Part shown: positions 60,665-64,000 of the stretch, piece after piece
How positions within the stretch are numbered: position 1 is the stretch's first letter
Layout of the letters: each line of letters opens with the position of its first letter
Program-made: the position numbers and the translations under genes
Origin: Strigamia acuminata
Lineage: Eukaryota
Direction of reading: 5' to 3'
DNA: 64,000 nucleotides
NCBI GenBank assembly: GCA_949358305.1
Contig: OX442314.1
Coordinates: forward strand, 3,410,001 to 3,474,000
Notes under the pieces: model-generated
Databases searched by the model: none
Seen by the model: the letters and a program-made list of their open reading frames with translations, nothing else
What the model was told of the DNA's origin: nothing

Positions 60665-62021
60665 TGTAATTATGTGGAAGTTGGTTATGAAGCAGCCATG
60701 TTGTAGGTGAAAATTAACATAAGTGATTTATTCAACAGAATTGTACAGGGGGCGCTGCGGAAGGCAAGCGCGTCATAAAATAACAATAAACAAAATGGAG
60801 TTCGGACACTCCAGTATCCCCTTAATTGATGACCAATCAGGGGAGCAATTACTCTAACAAAGGTTGACATTTCAAATTAACATTGTAATAAACGAATCAA
60901 TAAACAAATATAACAACAAACATGAATGAGTTAATTATTTGTTGGGTAACCGTAGAACTGCGTATTTTTCCTTTTTCTCGCCGACCGTCTGGAGTGAGCA
61001 GCTAGTGGAGGCGATTGCGGCAACGGCTGGAGCACATGCGGAGGCGGCGGAGGAGCAGGAAGCAACGGTAGAAGCGCAGGGAGCAACGGCGCAGGCAAAG
61101 GTGGTGGCGGCGGAGTTGCAAGCGCGTTAGGCAAGTTCTGGTTAGGCGCAGGAATTATCAGCTGAGGTTGAGGTTGAGGCAGGACGACAGGCGGAACCAA
61201 ACATGCAGTTTGTGGCATTACGAATGGGCCCGAGCTGTATTCATCCCCTTCAATTGGAAGAGGTGGTCCAATTGTCGCACGTTTCCGCAACTGGTCAACG
61301 TGACGAGACCACAACACTCCAGCCGCAATTTCGACAGTGTACGTTGTCGAGGAAACAATTTCTTTCACAATGCCGGGGATCCACTTATCCGAATGACGAT
61401 AATCTCGAACGAAAACTGCATCACCGACTGCAAAACTTCTAGCCGTTTCCAGTAATGCCGAGGTCGGCAGAAGGCGCGGGTTGAGGAGGTGAAGTCGAGT
61501 GCGCATCGAACGCCGCAAAAAAATTTCTGCAGGCGTCTTCTTCGTCGTCACGTGCGGTGTCGATCTATAGGAGAATAAAAATTGTCGGAGGGAATCAGTG
61601 GGGGAGAATTTCAAGGCGATAAATTTCTCCATTTGTCGTTTAAACGTTCCGACAAATCCTTCGACAGCTCCGTTTGTGGCGGGGTGGTACGGCGGTGAGA
61701 AGGTGTGCCGGATACCATTGTCTTCCAGGAATTCTCGGAATTCTCTCGCCGTGAATTGCGGGCCGTTATCGGAATGCACGTGGATGGGCAGTCCGTGCTG
61801 GCAAAACCAGTCCTCCAAAACGTCGATCGTCGCGGCAGCTGTGGTCGAGGTCATGGCGCAAACTTCGCACCATTTCGATTTCGCATCAACCGCCAACAAA
61901 AACGTCTTGCCCAAGAATGGTCCCGCAAAATCTATGTGGACACGTCCCCAAACTTCGTCCGGAATTGGCCAACAAACGGAGGACGTGCGAGGAGGATCAG
62001 GCAGCGAGCGTTGGCAGGCGT
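60665..62021 (-). mobile_element. 3' part of a second Mag-like Gypsy element (integrase, PPT, short 3' LTR), interrupted by Copia
   Basis: Integrase ORF 60931-61914 (frame open to about 62021) is highly similar to the 50-54 kb element. PPT AAGGGGATAC precedes an LTR starting at 60813; the far LTR edge (about 60665) is approximate. Confidence 0.85.
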
Positions 62022-64000
62022 TGTTAAGATATAATGTATATTGTTAGGCAATCACTTTTTACAACATGTGTATATATATATCTTTGCGTATTATCATGTA
62101 GCTAAGTGTTAGTGTATGTGTTTAGCCAACGCGAGTGATCGCAATGTTTGTTTACATACAGTGTCTGTATGCTGCCTACAGGTGGCGCTGATTGCATTGA
62201 GGTCATGTGACCAATCAATAAAGATCACTTGATGTTTTGGTTCTCACCTGTTAACATGATGTCTCTTTCTTTCACCTGATGTGTTTTTCCAATCCACTAC
62301 ATTTGTCACTATTTGCAGAAGTTTGCAACACTATTCAACAAGGTTATGGGCCACAAACAACGTGGGAAAAACAGCTAGAGTGTTTGAAAACATTTCAAAG
62401 CAACCACAGGTGAAAAAGTGGGCGTTTTCCTCAAAATCCAAGATGGCGGCGCCCATGAGGAAAGTCAGCAACCTGTGTTCCAGCCAAGAATCTACGGTTT
62501 CACAAGCGGTTATTGGTCATCAAGCGATGCAGGAACAATAAAAGGGTTCGAACATTATAGAACATTTATTTAATACGTTTATTTTGGCCATTTTCGGACG
62601 ATTTCTCCGAATATCGCGAGGCGCGATACGTAACGTCGACGTGGCGTTAATTTTCGCCGAGAAAACAACTCGACGACAAATACGCAAGGACGACGACGCT
62701 CGACAACCACACGGGAAGTGTGAACGAGCAATAAACGAACGGGAATTGCCAAAAACGAGAAAATTCTCGAAGGAACTGAATTTTTCGAGGCGAAAAAGAC
62801 GGAAAAACGAGGGAAAATCAACAATACGACGTTTTTTTCTCAACCACACGTGAAGTGTGACTCAAAGCTGTCAGTACGAAACAAGTGGATAGTCTGCAGC
62901 AGGAAGCCAACATATATGAACTCTTTATTTCGTTTATTTCGTTTTATTTTCGAATATATTGTTGAATACCATTATTAGCTTAGTGTTGTTACTAGGATAC
63001 ACTAACATAGTATTAAGAGCGAACTAACATCGCAACACTGCACCCAGTTGCGATTACCAGTATTTCAAAGTGTTTTTGAGCAATCTTGTGTGTGTTTTTG
63101 GTGTGTTGGACACTAAATTCACAATGGACACGGAAAAACTCGACCGGAAGATTACACTTTTGAATAGGACGAACTACGATACGTGGAAGCAGCAAATCAA
63201 AGTGCTGTTGATGCACCACGGATGTTGGGCCTTCACCGATGGAACACAAGAAGCCCTGGCACCGGGAGCGTCTTGGCGAGATCGCTCGGACTTTCAACTG
63301 CGAAAGGGGCGAGCTTTCAGCCTAATTTACTACGCCATCGAGGAGCAATACCACGAATTGCTCAGCGGGACCGAGGACGCGAAAACAGCGTGGGATACGC
63401 TGAAAACTAACTTCGAACCGGTCTCGAGGGCGAGAATTATACGTCTGTTGGACGAATTCTTCAATTTAAAATACGATCCAGCGACGGAGACGATCGGGGT
63501 ATTCGCGGCGAAGATACGCAATGCAACAAAGCGATTAGCCGACGTCAAACACGACTTGGACAATTTGTATCAGGCATTCCAGCTCATCCGATACCTGCCA
63601 CAAGAATACCAGTCAATTGTGCAGAGTATTTATCGATGGGACGATAAGGATTTCACACTGGAAAAGGTTGAAGCGGAATTGGTCGCCGAGGAGGGCAGAC
63701 TCGCGCAACAACGCAGAGATTCGGGCCAAGCGCCAATTACGGACGCTTTCAACATGGGAACAAGCACAAAGAGCAATGATAATTCGTCTAAATCCCAACA
63801 ACAGCAAGGGAATAGCAGCCAAAACAACCGAGGCGGACAAAGGGGCGGCAAATCGAATTATCGAGGCGGCAAAAATTCGCGGAATTTCCGAGGAAATGCG
63901 ACCGGATCATCACCACGGGGGCCGTGTTTCCGGTGCAATCAACCAGGGCACTGGGCAAGGGATTGCACAGCACAATTACCGTCGAATAACAGCCAGAACA
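62022..64000 (+). mobile_element. Ty1/Copia LTR retrotransposon, 5' part, nested in the Mag-like integrase gene
   Basis: LTR 62022-62340 (TGTTAA...TCAACA). PBS GGTTATGGGCC (62342-62352) is complementary to the internal tRNA-iMet half used by copia. Confidence 0.9.
63124..64000 (+). CDS. gag: Copia Gag(-Pol), partial, runs off the window (absent from the ORF track)
   Basis: MDTEKLDRKITLLNRTNYDTWKQQIKVLL...AWDTLKTNFE...LPQEYQSIV...CFRCNQPGHWARDC; frame open to the edge. Confidence 0.92.
   Translation, partial: MDTEKLDRKITLLNRTNYDTWKQQIKVLLMHHGCWAFTDGTQEALAPGASWRDRSDFQLRKGRAFSLIYYAIEEQYHELLSGTEDAKTAWDTLKTNFEPVSRARIIRLLDEFFNLKYDPATETIGVFAAKIRNATKRLADVKHDLDNLYQAFQLIRYLPQEYQSIVQSIYRWDDKDFTLEKVEAELVAEEGRLAQQRRDSGQAPITDAFNMGTSTKSNDNSSKSQQQQGNSSQNNRGGQRGGKSNYRGGKNSRNFRGNATGSSPRGPCFRCNQPGHWARDCTAQLPSNNSQN

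Overview
AT-rich animal (probably arthropod-like) genomic DNA with short GT-AG introns. It holds two near-identical tandem copies of the 3' part of an ABCA-subfamily transporter gene (offset 22,866 bp). Copy 2 is 5'-truncated, has LSGG->LFGG in NBD1 and is interrupted in an exon by an intact BEL/Pao element. Six LTR retroelements are present: a Gypsy with a 1046-aa Gag and a -1 frameshift site, the BEL/Pao, an intact Mag-type Gypsy, a second Mag-type element cut by a nested Copia, that Copia, and a 9.4-kb non-autonomous element with 1.9-kb LTRs. The last lacks gag/pol but carries an orphan ORF with its own core promoter and an eIF4E-binding-like motif. The main hidden signal, absent from the ORF track because its exons are only 48-160 nt, is a tandem array of four intact six-exon genes at 44.5-59.4 kb. 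They encode an unrecognised 174-aa secreted protein with 8 conserved mature-region cysteines and clustered amino-acid divergence. MITEs, MULE transposase remnants and minisatellites fill the rest. All exon models were read by hand; no database searches were run.
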